Of a stretch of DNA of 20,000 nt, positions 9,088-18,358 are shown in pieces. The position numbers were made by a program, and so were the translations under genes. Numbering within the stretch: position 1 is the stretch's first letter; every line of letters begins with the position of its first letter. The DNA lies in IMG/VR virus record IMGVR_UViG_3300021599_002865; one strand, written 5' to 3'. Origin of the DNA: an uncultured virus (IMG/VR IMGVR_UViG_3300021599_002865) (taxonomy: Duplodnaviria > Heunggongvirae > Uroviricota > Caudoviricetes). Under the pieces are notes generated by a model that saw nothing but the letters and a program-made list of their open reading frames with translations, did not search any database and was not told the origin of the DNA.

Positions 9088-12000
9088 TTATGTTGTTCGT
9101 TTTATAAAAATTTTATACAAAGTTCCTGTCACTGATGGGAAAACAATTGTGTAACATCCTACAAGAGGTTTGTAATTGAATGGTGGATTTGTAAGTTGAA
9201 CTGAATTCAACACGAAACCGCCATACTTGTTACATTCAACAACTTTTGTTGTTTGTGAGTTACCTGAAAGGAGATACCAAGTTCCACTGACATCAACAAA
9301 CCCACATTGTGCACCGTAACGAATGTATTGTCCGAATTCATTACCAATATCAAACGGAAGGGTGGTTAGGTTAATTTCATCAGGTGTGCTAGATAAGACG
9401 AAGTTCATATTATAAGTTCCGTCTCCATTATTTTCCAAACTTACATTCAAATAAACCTCAACTTCATCAACACTACTCAAACACGTATCACAACTCAAAT
9501 AGGTTTTATCAGGTGCTGAAGCAAAGTAATCTCCATCGAATCTTTGTGAGGTTGCAATTTTGATAGGTGCAAAATAATTACAATCAAATTCACCCTCATA
9601 GGTCCAACAATTTCCATCAGCATCTTTAAATTGTCTTCCAACTGTAGTCTGTATTGGTGATTGTTGTGTTTGAATCATATATGTTCTGACTGTATTTGGA
9701 CTAATTGGAATACAACTTGAATAAACATATACCAAACAAGGGGTTTCACTTGGCGTTGGGGTCATCGTTGAAGTAGGACTATAAGACGGTGTTTGTGATG
9801 GAGTCTGAGTTTGGGTTGGCGTTGATGAATAACTTGGCCTTGGTGTTGCTGTTGGTGTAAGACCAGGAGTTGTTGTCTGTGTTGGAGTTGGCGTGAATGT
9901 AGGAGTCGAGGACGAAGTTTGTGTCGGCGTAATTGTCATCGTTGGTGTTGATGTAGGTGTTGATGTTATCGTCGTTGAAGGTGATGGTGAAGGGACTGTT
10001 GAACATTTCGAACAATCGTTTCCAAAAATATCAATTATCGAGTCTACGTTCGTGTTAGATGATAAGTTTGAATCATCCCTCAAATACTTCAAGCAAAGAA
10101 TTGTTTCATTAATAACCGCCGAGAATACCATCTCAGTTTGGATTGGAATTTCCTCAAACACAAGTGGGTCAGAAGTGTAGAAATAATTTTCAGTTCCACA
10201 TTGATTCAATACCTTAACCGAAACACAACTGAATGTTTCTTCAAATATATTGAAGGTAACTTGTCCATCCGCAGGAACTGTTCTTGTCAGTGTTATCGTT
10301 GGTGTGTTTGAAGGGGTTGGGGTTGAATCAGGAACATAATTAATCTCAAAGTCGACACTTTTCCCAAGACATATCAATCCTGTTGGTGATGGAGTTGGCG
10401 TTACACCTATGGAAGTGAAAATGAAATTCACATCGTCACAAGGAACTGACGGACTTGGTGTTGGGACTGGTTCCCAATCACAGTCAAAGTATGCATTGAA
10501 ATCGAAGGTGTCACAATTTATTGGCGTTGGAGTTGGAGTTGGACAAACTCCTGGTTCAAAAGAACCGAAAGATATATCAGGACACGCAGAGTAACATGGA
10601 GACGAGCCCTTCAATAAACAAGTCCCACCGAGAGAGGTGCTCAGACACCAATAACTCTCAGTAACTGATGTAAAATAATAAATGTAACCCAAGCTGACGC
10701 TTCCACCAGAATAGGAGATTCTACCATTATAAGTTGCACCTGAAACGTAAAGTCCATTGTAATTCAACAAAGAAGGTAGGGTTGTAGTAAAGCAAAATTC
10801 ACCCGAATCACAAGCCGCTGGTGTCGAAGATACTGTCGGAGTGTTTGTTGGTGTTGAATACGGGGTTGGCGTTGGTGTGTTCAATAGACAAGCTCTACAA
10901 CTACCCCAATCAGGTGCACCCAAATCAGGTCCACCAGGACCTGAAAACTCTTCGAATCTATAACATCTATTGTTATATTCATAAACCGCTCCTTGATAAG
11001 CGGTATCTTCATCAACATTGGCATAAAATATTTCTTCAGTGGAACAGTCAATCAATAATGCAGCAACACTCGCAACTCTTGGACAAAGTGTAGAACCGCA
11101 ACCTGTTACATTTGTAAATGTAACCGATGTTCCATCATATATTGGACCACTTCCCGAATCAACAACTGTCGCACATCCTTCATATTCTGTAGAACCTGTG
11201 ATAAGATAGACATCGTCAACCACAACTGCAACTGGTAAATCCTCAAATCTGAATAAAGTCCCTGAAACACAATCACGGAACCCTATTAGGTTTTGTGTCG
11301 GTGTTTGAGTGTTAGTTGGGGTATTAGATGGCGTTTGAGTTGGGTCTGGAGTTACAGAAGGTGTCTGTGTCGGAGTTTCGGTTTGAGTTTGGGTTGGTGT
11401 TACATCAGGGGTTGGTGATAGAGTCTGTGAAGGCGTCTGAGTTGGAGTTTCTGAAGGTGTTTGTGTAGGAGTCTCAGTTGCTGTAGGGGATGAACCAATA
11501 GTTGATGTAGGGGTCTGAGTTGGGGTTTCGGATGGTGTTTGTGTAGGAGTTTCTGAAGGCGTTTGAGTAATAGTCTCAGTTGGTGTTTGTGTGGGAGTTT
11601 CGGTTATTGTAGGAGTCTGAGTTGGGGTTTCAGAAGGTGTTTGAGTAGGGGTTTCAGATGGTGTTTGTGTAGGTGTTTCTGTTGCTGTAGGTGACGAACC
11701 TATAGTTGCGGTTGTTGTTGGTGTAGGCGTTTCGGTTGGAGTTTCAGTTGGAGTTTCAGTTGTTGTCGGTGTAGGTGTTGGAGTACCACAACAATCTACA
11801 AATGTATCCGTAGCATAAGACGATACTGGAAAGTAAGCGACATTGTTTTTATAATAATAAGTCGACTGAACGTAATTTGCACAAAATGAATCGTCGAAAG
11901 TTCCTGCGTCAGCAAAACTTGCCGTGGTCAGTATATTATAACAATTGTAATAGTCTACGAATATAGTGTTGTTTAGTGACGAAGGTGTATTACCCGTGGC

Positions 12001-13389
12001 ATCATCCAAGTCAGGTTGTGCAATTGTAACATCAAAATATGTACAATTACAAGGAGTTGAAGGGGTTGGAGTTTGTGTTTGAGTTGGCGTAGGAGAAGGG
12101 ACTACACCACAATCTCCATCAACCACACAAGTTCCTCCCAAAGATGTCCAAGTATATAAAGGCTCAGGTCCTCCTGCACAGGTAGTTCCCGATGAAACAA
12201 GTTTTAATCCTTGTGTTCCACCCGATATACAAATATATCTACTTGATGTCACATCAACTTGAACACATTCCTCATTTCCATTACACGCGTAGTATCTGAT
12301 TGAAATATCTACAATATCATTGTTAGTGATTTCCCAACATTCGCAATCACCAGGTGGTGTTAGGGTAGGTGTTGGGGTAGGTGTTGTAGTTGGCGTCTCA
12401 GTAAGAGTTGGTGTCGGTGTTTGTGATGGGCTTACAAAACAAGGACCAACAACGGTCAAAATTGCAGATGGACCGCTTATAACGGTTCCAGCCAGTGCAC
12501 AAAAAACATCAGTATTACCGTTGGTTATTGTGGCGTTTTGGGGTACAGAATCACAATCAGTGTAAGAATAAGGTTCTGAAATAGGCCCTGAAAAACCTAA
12601 ATATAATGAATATTGAACACAACCTGTCTGTGGTGTTGGGGTAGGTGTTTGTGTTTGTGTTTGCGAGATTGCTGGAGCTGGAGGGTCTGGGTCCGTTGGA
12701 GTAGGGGTTGGAGTTTCTGTTGGCGTTTCTGTTACAGTTGGAGTTGGTGTAGGGGTAGGAGTTTCGGTCGGAGTTTCTGTTGGAGTTGAAGAAACTACAG
12801 GCCCTACTGAACAAAGTTCTTGATTGTTTAGAATCCCATTACTTCCACTTATTTCCCAAGAATAGATTCCGTTAGAATAATATCCGTCAGGCGCAAATGT
12901 TGTAAGACCTGAGTCAGAATATAAAGTACTACCACTCCAAAGTCCTTCTACTGATGAGGTGTAATAACCTGTACCACCTGTAGATGCAAAATCAGAACAA
13001 GCAGACGGACCACTTATGACTGAGTATGAAACCAAAAAGGTGTTTGCACCTAATGGACCACAAAAATTGTCGTATATTGATATTCCTATTTCAGTAATCC
13101 CGTCGTAAATTACGTTGGGAAAAGATTGAGTTGCCGAGCCGCCAGCACCCGCATCAAAATTTTGTTTTCTACCAGTACTATCTGTAACCTCGATACAACC
13201 ATTCAACAACCCATTACTCCAATATACAGTAAGAGTGTACTCACCAACTTGTGTAGTGGTGAATGCACAAGTACTCGAACTTGGCGTACAAGGACATCCC
13301 ACATCACAAGTTGCTGTAACACCGTTAAAGTCAATTTGACTTATAGTAATTGTGGGTGGTGACTGATTATAAACAAATATGTTAGACAT
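9088..13389 (-). CDS. Large mucin-like Cys-rich putative virion protein, 1433 aa
   Basis: More than ten small Cys-containing modules are separated by Pro/Thr/Ser tracts. There is no signal peptide, TM segment or recognisable secretion CTD, and the gene heads the structural operon. Confidence 0.75.
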   Translation of the reverse strand: MSNIFVYNQSPPTITISQIDFNGVTATCDVGCPCTPSSSTCAFTTTQVGEYTLTVYWSNGLLNGCIEVTDSTGRKQNFDAGAGGSATQSFPNVIYDGITEIGISIYDNFCGPLGANTFLVSYSVISGPSACSDFASTGGTGYYTSSVEGLWSGSTLYSDSGLTTFAPDGYYSNGIYSWEISGSNGILNNQELCSVGPVVSSTPTETPTETPTPTPTPTVTETPTETPTPTPTDPDPPAPAISQTQTQTPTPTPQTGCVQYSLYLGFSGPISEPYSYTDCDSVPQNATITNGNTDVFCALAGTVISGPSAILTVVGPCFVSPSQTPTPTLTETPTTTPTPTPTLTPPGDCECWEITNNDIVDISIRYYACNGNEECVQVDVTSSRYICISGGTQGLKLVSSGTTCAGGPEPLYTWTSLGGTCVVDGDCGVVPSPTPTQTQTPTPSTPCNCTYFDVTIAQPDLDDATGNTPSSLNNTIFVDYYNCYNILTTASFADAGTFDDSFCANYVQSTYYYKNNVAYFPVSSYATDTFVDCCGTPTPTPTTTETPTETPTETPTPTTTATIGSSPTATETPTQTPSETPTQTPSETPTQTPTITETPTQTPTETITQTPSETPTQTPSETPTQTPTSTIGSSPTATETPTQTPSETPTQTPSQTLSPTPDVTPTQTQTETPTQTPSVTPDPTQTPSNTPTNTQTPTQNLIGFRDCVSGTLFRFEDLPVAVVVDDVYLITGSTEYEGCATVVDSGSGPIYDGTSVTFTNVTGCGSTLCPRVASVAALLIDCSTEEIFYANVDEDTAYQGAVYEYNNRCYRFEEFSGPGGPDLGAPDWGSCRACLLNTPTPTPYSTPTNTPTVSSTPAACDSGEFCFTTTLPSLLNYNGLYVSGATYNGRISYSGGSVSLGYIYYFTSVTESYWCLSTSLGGTCLLKGSSPCYSACPDISFGSFEPGVCPTPTPTPINCDTFDFNAYFDCDWEPVPTPSPSVPCDDVNFIFTSIGVTPTPSPTGLICLGKSVDFEINYVPDSTPTPSNTPTITLTRTVPADGQVTFNIFEETFSCVSVKVLNQCGTENYFYTSDPLVFEEIPIQTEMVFSAVINETILCLKYLRDDSNLSSNTNVDSIIDIFGNDCSKCSTVPSPSPSTTITSTPTSTPTMTITPTQTSSSTPTFTPTPTQTTTPGLTPTATPRPSYSSTPTQTQTPSQTPSYSPTSTMTPTPSETPCLVYVYSSCIPISPNTVRTYMIQTQQSPIQTTVGRQFKDADGNCWTYEGEFDCNYFAPIKIATSQRFDGDYFASAPDKTYLSCDTCLSSVDEVEVYLNVSLENNGDGTYNMNFVLSSTPDEINLTTLPFDIGNEFGQYIRYGAQCGFVDVSGTWYLLSGNSQTTKVVECNKYGGFVLNSVQLTNPPFNYKPLVGCYTIVFPSVTGTLYKIFIKRTT
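11293..11785 (-). repeat. Longest coding Pro/Thr tract, with (TPSETPTQ)n-like units
   Basis: About 160 aa of TPT(E/Q)/TPS(E/Q) units with a 12/24-nt period. It includes two copies of TIGSSPTATETPTQTPSETPTQTPS that differ at synonymous positions. Confidence 0.9.
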
Positions 13390-13498
13390 GAATTACTTAC
13401 TTACCTTATAAATAACTTGAACTTTATTTTTTTCACATTCAAAATATAGTTTGACTAAAAACAATATAAAGGCACGCTCAGCCTATATTTATGATTAT
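13390..13498. promoter_or_regulatory. Divergent promoter region with TATTTAT on both strands
   Basis: The minus-strand TATTTAT at 13414-13408 precedes the 1433-aa gene. The plus-strand TATTTAT at 13486-13492 lies 6 nt before the ATG at 13499. Confidence 0.5.
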
Positions 13499-13681
13499 AT
13501 GAAACTTCTTAAAACGATAAAGAAGATTATTCAAGAGGCTGAAGAACAGTATAATACTGCAAGTGAGACTAACACACCACTTGAAGAATTAGATAGACTC
13601 GAAAAACACTATCAAGACTCTCTGAAATTGTTACGCTTATACAATTCCAAACAGGAAAAACTAAAATCCAAGAAAAAATAA
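13499..13681 (+). CDS. Small charged helical protein (60 aa)
   Basis: MKLLKTIKKIIQEAEEQY...LEELDRLEKHY. The ATG at 13499 is preferred over the TTG at 13451 because the TATTTAT motif directly precedes it. Confidence 0.7.
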   Translation: MKLLKTIKKIIQEAEEQYNTASETNTPLEELDRLEKHYQDSLKLLRLYNSKQEKLKSKKK

Positions 13682-13733
13682 TTACATCTTAAGTCAATAG
13701 ATTTTCTTAAAGTTCTTTCTTATATTTCATCAC

Positions 13734-14672
13734 ATGAAAGAACCTCTATTAGACTTACATCTGAGTCATGGATTAGGTGACACTATTTGTGCAACACCTT
13801 CTTTAAGGAAACTATATTTTGCTTATGGAAAAAAAATATCAGTATTAACTGACCATCCACTAATATTCAAACATAACAAATATGTTGATAAAATCTTTGA
13901 TACCAAGAACACAAATAGAGATGATTTAGAATCTCAATACGAATTACTCGTAAGTTTTGCACCAAATTTAGAAAACCGATACGGTTTAGGATTACGTCAT
14001 AATGTTATGGACATAAGACAATTCCATGCGGCGGGGTTGGGTTTCCAATTATTACCCGAGGAATGTGATATGGATTACGTTCCTGATGAGTGGGAGCCAA
14101 TTGATGGTTTACCTGAAAAGTTTGTTTTGATACATCCCGTAACCTCTTGGGCTTCGAGAACTTGGCCCGCAGAGAAATGGCAGTTATTAACACGAATGTT
14201 AAACGATTACGGTATTCCTGTTGTTTCGATGGGGAAGGCATCGAGTGAGGTAGGTTTTCACATGGTAGACAAACCTGTTTTCGATTTCCCTATCAAACTT
14301 GGTTTGAATTTAATGAATAAAGCAAATGTCCCCCAAACTTGGTGGTTAATGCAAAAAAGTATTTGCACGGTCACCATGGACTCAGGTATGTTACACTTAG
14401 CAGGAACCACAGATGCAAACATCATTCAATTAGGTAGTTCTGTTCATTGGAAGTTAAGAGCCCCTTTTCGAAACGGTTCTCAAGAATATAAATTTCATTA
14501 TATTGATGGGGATTGTAAGATAGCATGTGCATCTGACATGAGATATGGTGTCAAAGAATGGGGTTCAATAAGAGGAATCCCACCTTTAGTTGGATGTTTA
14601 GAAGGAAAATCCGAATTTGTTTGTCATCCTAGCGTTCTACAAATTTTCAATAAAATATTAACCCTATTATGA
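13734..14672 (+). CDS. GT9-family (heptosyltransferase-like) glycosyltransferase
   Basis: Canonical GT9 motifs are present: GLGDTICATPSLRKL, VLIHP...SRTWPAEKWQLL and VTMDSGMLHLAG. The C-terminus has a Cys cluster (CKIAC...C...C). Confidence 0.85.
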   Translation: MKEPLLDLHLSHGLGDTICATPSLRKLYFAYGKKISVLTDHPLIFKHNKYVDKIFDTKNTNRDDLESQYELLVSFAPNLENRYGLGLRHNVMDIRQFHAAGLGFQLLPEECDMDYVPDEWEPIDGLPEKFVLIHPVTSWASRTWPAEKWQLLTRMLNDYGIPVVSMGKASSEVGFHMVDKPVFDFPIKLGLNLMNKANVPQTWWLMQKSICTVTMDSGMLHLAGTTDANIIQLGSSVHWKLRAPFRNGSQEYKFHYIDGDCKIACASDMRYGVKEWGSIRGIPPLVGCLEGKSEFVCHPSVLQIFNKILTLL

Positions 14673-17600
14673 GTATAAGATACAACTTTATAGAGGTCGG
14701 AACATCAGACTTCATGACTCTAATTCAATCTGCTGATGACCAAACTGTCGGACTCAGTATCGAACCCATTTCAGAATATCTCGATAGATTACCTAATAAA
14801 CCCAAAGTTCAAAAAGTCAATGCGGCTCTTTCTGATACAGACGATACTATTGAAATATATCATATAGAATCTAAAGATTTAGAAAAATACAATCTTCCCT
14901 ATTGGATTAGAGGATGTAACTCTGTTAATGGTCCTCATGAATTTACAAAGAAAAAAATTGGTGATGAAACATATAACAAGTTGGTAAAAATTGATAAAGT
15001 CCCAACTATATCTTGGAAAACTTTAATAGAAAAATACAATATAGGTTCAATTGATTATTTAAAAATTGACACTGAAGGTCATGAACATATAATTTTAAAA
15101 GGGTATCTCGAACAATGTAGACTGAATCATAATCTTTTCGCATCTAAAATTGAATTCGAATACAATGAAACATCAAATAAAATTGAATTAGATAAAATTA
15201 TAAATCAATTATCAAATTATAATGTAACTTATTTGGAGGAAGACGTTATATTGAACATCAAAACAGAGTCTGAATTTGACAAATCTTATGTCTTATATTC
15301 AACCGAAAATTACTTTGATATTGTAACTGAATGTGCAAAATCAATAAGACAATTTAGTAAACTACCAATATTGGTTTATTTAATAAATTCAAACAGAACT
15401 GTTGAAGTAGAAAATACCAAGACTTTAAATTGGTCTATAGATATCGAACCTACTTCAAATAACATGTATATTAAGGAAAGGGACAACTTTTACATAGATA
15501 GAAAAAATCCAATAATTTATAAAATTTTATCTCAAAGACCTCTGATTATCAAAGATGCTTTAGAAAAATATTCAAATATTGTTTGTTATGTTGACAGCGA
15601 TTCAATCGCAACCCCTAACGTTGATACTATATTTTCATATTATGATGAAAATTCATCTCACCCATATTTTGTTGAAGGGATATACGATTTTTTGAAATAC
15701 GATGGTAGAGGTGGAGGAGGAGGATTCGGAGGTGGAATGGAAACAACTTTGGAACACGATACCTGTGTCTTGTTTGGTGTTGACCAATCGGTCAGAAAAA
15801 ACTATAGACAAACAGGATATTTCGTTTCAGGTCAAAATACCATCGAGTTTTTGGAGGAATGGTATTGGATGTGCTCACACCCAAAAGTCCTGAAAAATGT
15901 TAGTCATTATGCTCCGTATAATGAGGAGACTATTTGTAACGTTCTATTATGGAAATACAATATAGATAAGGGTCTTCCCTATGTCTATGTCAATGGGAGA
16001 TTAGAAACGGTTGAGAAAATGTATACCCAAGTAGAATATAAAGGAAAGGGTATCAGAAACCACATCGGTGAATGGTTAAGAGTTCCTGAAGAAAAAAATC
16101 ATCTCCTGTTTTTTCATGGTGAAAAAAATCCAAACATGATGAGAGAGATGGTAGATGAAATCAAAAAATATAACAAGGAAAAACTTAGAATTTTATACTT
16201 AGCACCTCACCTTTCAACTGGTGGTATGCCAGCTTACTTATTGAAAAGAATCGAAACCCTACAAGAATATTACCCTGAGGTAGAATTATATGTTGTTGAG
16301 TATTGTCTTTACTCAACTTGGTATGTGGTTCAAAAAGAAAAAATAAAACAAATTATACCCGATAACAGATATTGGACATTAAACACTTTGGGAAATCATA
16401 ATGATGAAAATTCTCTGAAGTTAATTCAAATTATAAAAGATAATTCAATTGATATTGTTCATGTTGACGAAATACTTGAGGGGTTTGATAGTTTCAATCG
16501 AGTATCAATAAATGTCTTAAATGCACTTTTTGATAACAACAGAACTTGGAAAATTGTCGAGACCTGTCATAATATTCATTTTAATCCTGAGAATAGACAT
16601 TTTCATCCCGACGCTTACGCCTTCTGTTCTCCCCATCATCCGAAGGTTCAATTCAAAAATGAAAATTCTTATTATGAATTTTTTGAATACCCTATTGACC
16701 GAAAATTTGTTACCGAAGAACAAAAAGAACACGCAAGGTTAAAACTTGGTTTAGACCTTAATAAAACCCATGTGATAAACGTTGGACTTTGGACTCAAGG
16801 AAAAAATCAAGGAGAGGGCATCGAAATCGCAAGATATCTACAAGGTGAAGATATAGAGTTTCATTTCATAGGAAATCAAGCATCAAATTTCGAAAGTTAT
16901 TGGAAACCTCTGATGATGAATTTACCATCAAATGTAAAAATTTGGGGTGAAAGGAGTGATGTGGATTTGTTTATGAAAGCATCAGACATATTTTTATTTA
17001 ACTCCACAATTGAATGTAATCCCCTTGTTCTTAGGGAAGCCGCTTCTTATGGTTTAAAAATTCTTTCTAGAAATCTTACACAATATTATGATATGTTTAC
17101 ACCATACATCACACCAATTGATGATGATTGTGAGAAAACGTCAAACATAATTCGTGAGTTAAAATACAATGGAATCTCAAGAGACTATGAAGTTAGTCAT
17201 GACCAATCTCAGAACTTTGCTTTATCTCATAAAAAGTTTTATGAGAAGTTAAAAACTATGGATATAAAGATTCAAAAATCATCAAAGAATAATATACAAA
17301 TTACTCAATATTTTATAAGACAACCTTTTTTAGAAATTAAAGGGGATTCAAGTTCTAAGTTTTTGGTTCAATTCATTGATGATAAAGGGGTAATTCATTA
17401 TGAAAATAAAATAGATTCCAACTGTTGGGTAAAACTTAACAGACAATATTTTACAAATTGGAGAACTAAGGTTTACGAAGAAGAAACACTAATATATGAC
17501 TCGAAATTAGATTTGAAAGACAAAAGAGTGTTTATAAATTTTGATAGTAAATCTTTAGGTGACAACATTGCTTGGGTGCCTTATGTTTTGGAGTTTCAAA

Positions 17601-18358
17601 AGAAACATAATTGTAAAATTATTCTTTCCACATTTTGGAATAAGTTATTCAAAGAAGTTTACCCTGAGATAGAATTCATAGAACCAGGGAATGTTGTAAA
17701 AGACATTCATGCACAATACTCCATTGGTTGGTTTTATAATGAAAATATGGAACCAGTAATCCCGAATACAATTCCTCTCCAAAAAGCAGCAACAAACATC
17801 TTAGGTTTGGAATTTGAAGAAATAAAACCACGAATTAATTTTAACGTTTATCGAAGACCTTTTGATGAAAAATATATAAGTATCGCAACCAATTCCACCT
17901 CAGGTTTAAAATTTTGGAAAAAAGAATATTGGCAAGAACTAATTGATTACTTAGTAGATTTAGGTTTCAAAGTAATAAACGTATCAAAAGAAAAAAATGA
18001 GTTCAGAAATGTTACACAAATTTCAGATAGTTCAATTGGTAATACCATGAATGTAATACATCATAGTGAATTTTTCATAGGTTTATCAAGTGGACTTTCT
18101 TGGTTGTCTTGGGCAATGGGTAAACACGTTGTGATGATTAGTAATTTTACTGAACCCGACCACGAATTTACCACAAACTGCACCCGAATTATAAACAAAT
18201 CAGTCTGTAATGGATGTTGGAATAACCCCAACTTCAAGTTCGATAAAGGTGATTGGGATTGGTGTCCAATTCACAAAGGAACACCAAGACAATTTGAGTG
18301 TCACACTTCAATAACACCAAGTATGGTAATAAATCAAATTCAAAATTTATTGAAATGA
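14669..18358 (+). CDS. Four-domain fusion: FkbM-like methyltransferase + GT-A (DxD) + GT4 + TibC/Aah-like protein O-heptosyltransferase, 1229 aa
   Basis: FkbM domain (about 14669-15260): FIEVGTS, SIEP, IDYLKIDTEGHE. GT-A domain (about 15280-16170): CYVDSD, NEET, FFHG. GT4 domain (about 16185-17260): RILYLAPHLSTGG, NVG...KNQ, FMKASDIFLFNS..ECNPLVLREA. TibC/Aah-like domain (about 17320-18358): SLGDNIAWVPY, FFIGLSSGLSWLSWA, CNGCWN...WCPIHKGTPRQFEC. Confidence 0.85.
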   Translation: MSIRYNFIEVGTSDFMTLIQSADDQTVGLSIEPISEYLDRLPNKPKVQKVNAALSDTDDTIEIYHIESKDLEKYNLPYWIRGCNSVNGPHEFTKKKIGDETYNKLVKIDKVPTISWKTLIEKYNIGSIDYLKIDTEGHEHIILKGYLEQCRLNHNLFASKIEFEYNETSNKIELDKIINQLSNYNVTYLEEDVILNIKTESEFDKSYVLYSTENYFDIVTECAKSIRQFSKLPILVYLINSNRTVEVENTKTLNWSIDIEPTSNNMYIKERDNFYIDRKNPIIYKILSQRPLIIKDALEKYSNIVCYVDSDSIATPNVDTIFSYYDENSSHPYFVEGIYDFLKYDGRGGGGGFGGGMETTLEHDTCVLFGVDQSVRKNYRQTGYFVSGQNTIEFLEEWYWMCSHPKVLKNVSHYAPYNEETICNVLLWKYNIDKGLPYVYVNGRLETVEKMYTQVEYKGKGIRNHIGEWLRVPEEKNHLLFFHGEKNPNMMREMVDEIKKYNKEKLRILYLAPHLSTGGMPAYLLKRIETLQEYYPEVELYVVEYCLYSTWYVVQKEKIKQIIPDNRYWTLNTLGNHNDENSLKLIQIIKDNSIDIVHVDEILEGFDSFNRVSINVLNALFDNNRTWKIVETCHNIHFNPENRHFHPDAYAFCSPHHPKVQFKNENSYYEFFEYPIDRKFVTEEQKEHARLKLGLDLNKTHVINVGLWTQGKNQGEGIEIARYLQGEDIEFHFIGNQASNFESYWKPLMMNLPSNVKIWGERSDVDLFMKASDIFLFNSTIECNPLVLREAASYGLKILSRNLTQYYDMFTPYITPIDDDCEKTSNIIRELKYNGISRDYEVSHDQSQNFALSHKKFYEKLKTMDIKIQKSSKNNIQITQYFIRQPFLEIKGDSSSKFLVQFIDDKGVIHYENKIDSNCWVKLNRQYFTNWRTKVYEEETLIYDSKLDLKDKRVFINFDSKSLGDNIAWVPYVLEFQKKHNCKIILSTFWNKLFKEVYPEIEFIEPGNVVKDIHAQYSIGWFYNENMEPVIPNTIPLQKAATNILGLEFEEIKPRINFNVYRRPFDEKYISIATNSTSGLKFWKKEYWQELIDYLVDLGFKVINVSKEKNEFRNVTQISDSSIGNTMNVIHHSEFFIGLSSGLSWLSWAMGKHVVMISNFTEPDHEFTTNCTRIINKSVCNGCWNNPNFKFDKGDWDWCPIHKGTPRQFECHTSITPSMVINQIQNLLK

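Noticed and set aside
8546..12565. Plus-strand Val/Gly-rich ORFs (8546, 9893, 10409, 12320)
   Set aside because: They are antisense shadows of Pro/Thr codons (ACN/CCN read as GT/GG-containing codons).
4650..13389. Eukaryotic mucin, giant-virus or secreted bacterial adhesin origin
   Set aside because: The Toprim primase, ATGA-coupled operons, intrinsic terminator, bacterial promoter and lack of signal peptides or T9SS CTD favour a bacteriophage.
13407..13414. T4 late promoter TATAAATA on the + strand
   Set aside because: It is better explained as the reverse complement of TATTTAT, which at the other sites is oriented toward the adjacent ATG. A + strand role cannot be fully excluded.
15703..15736. 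GGA run encoding GRGGGGGFGGG as a phase-variable tract
   Set aside because: It is a short, imperfect trinucleotide run, and slippage would stay in frame. It is probably just a flexible loop.
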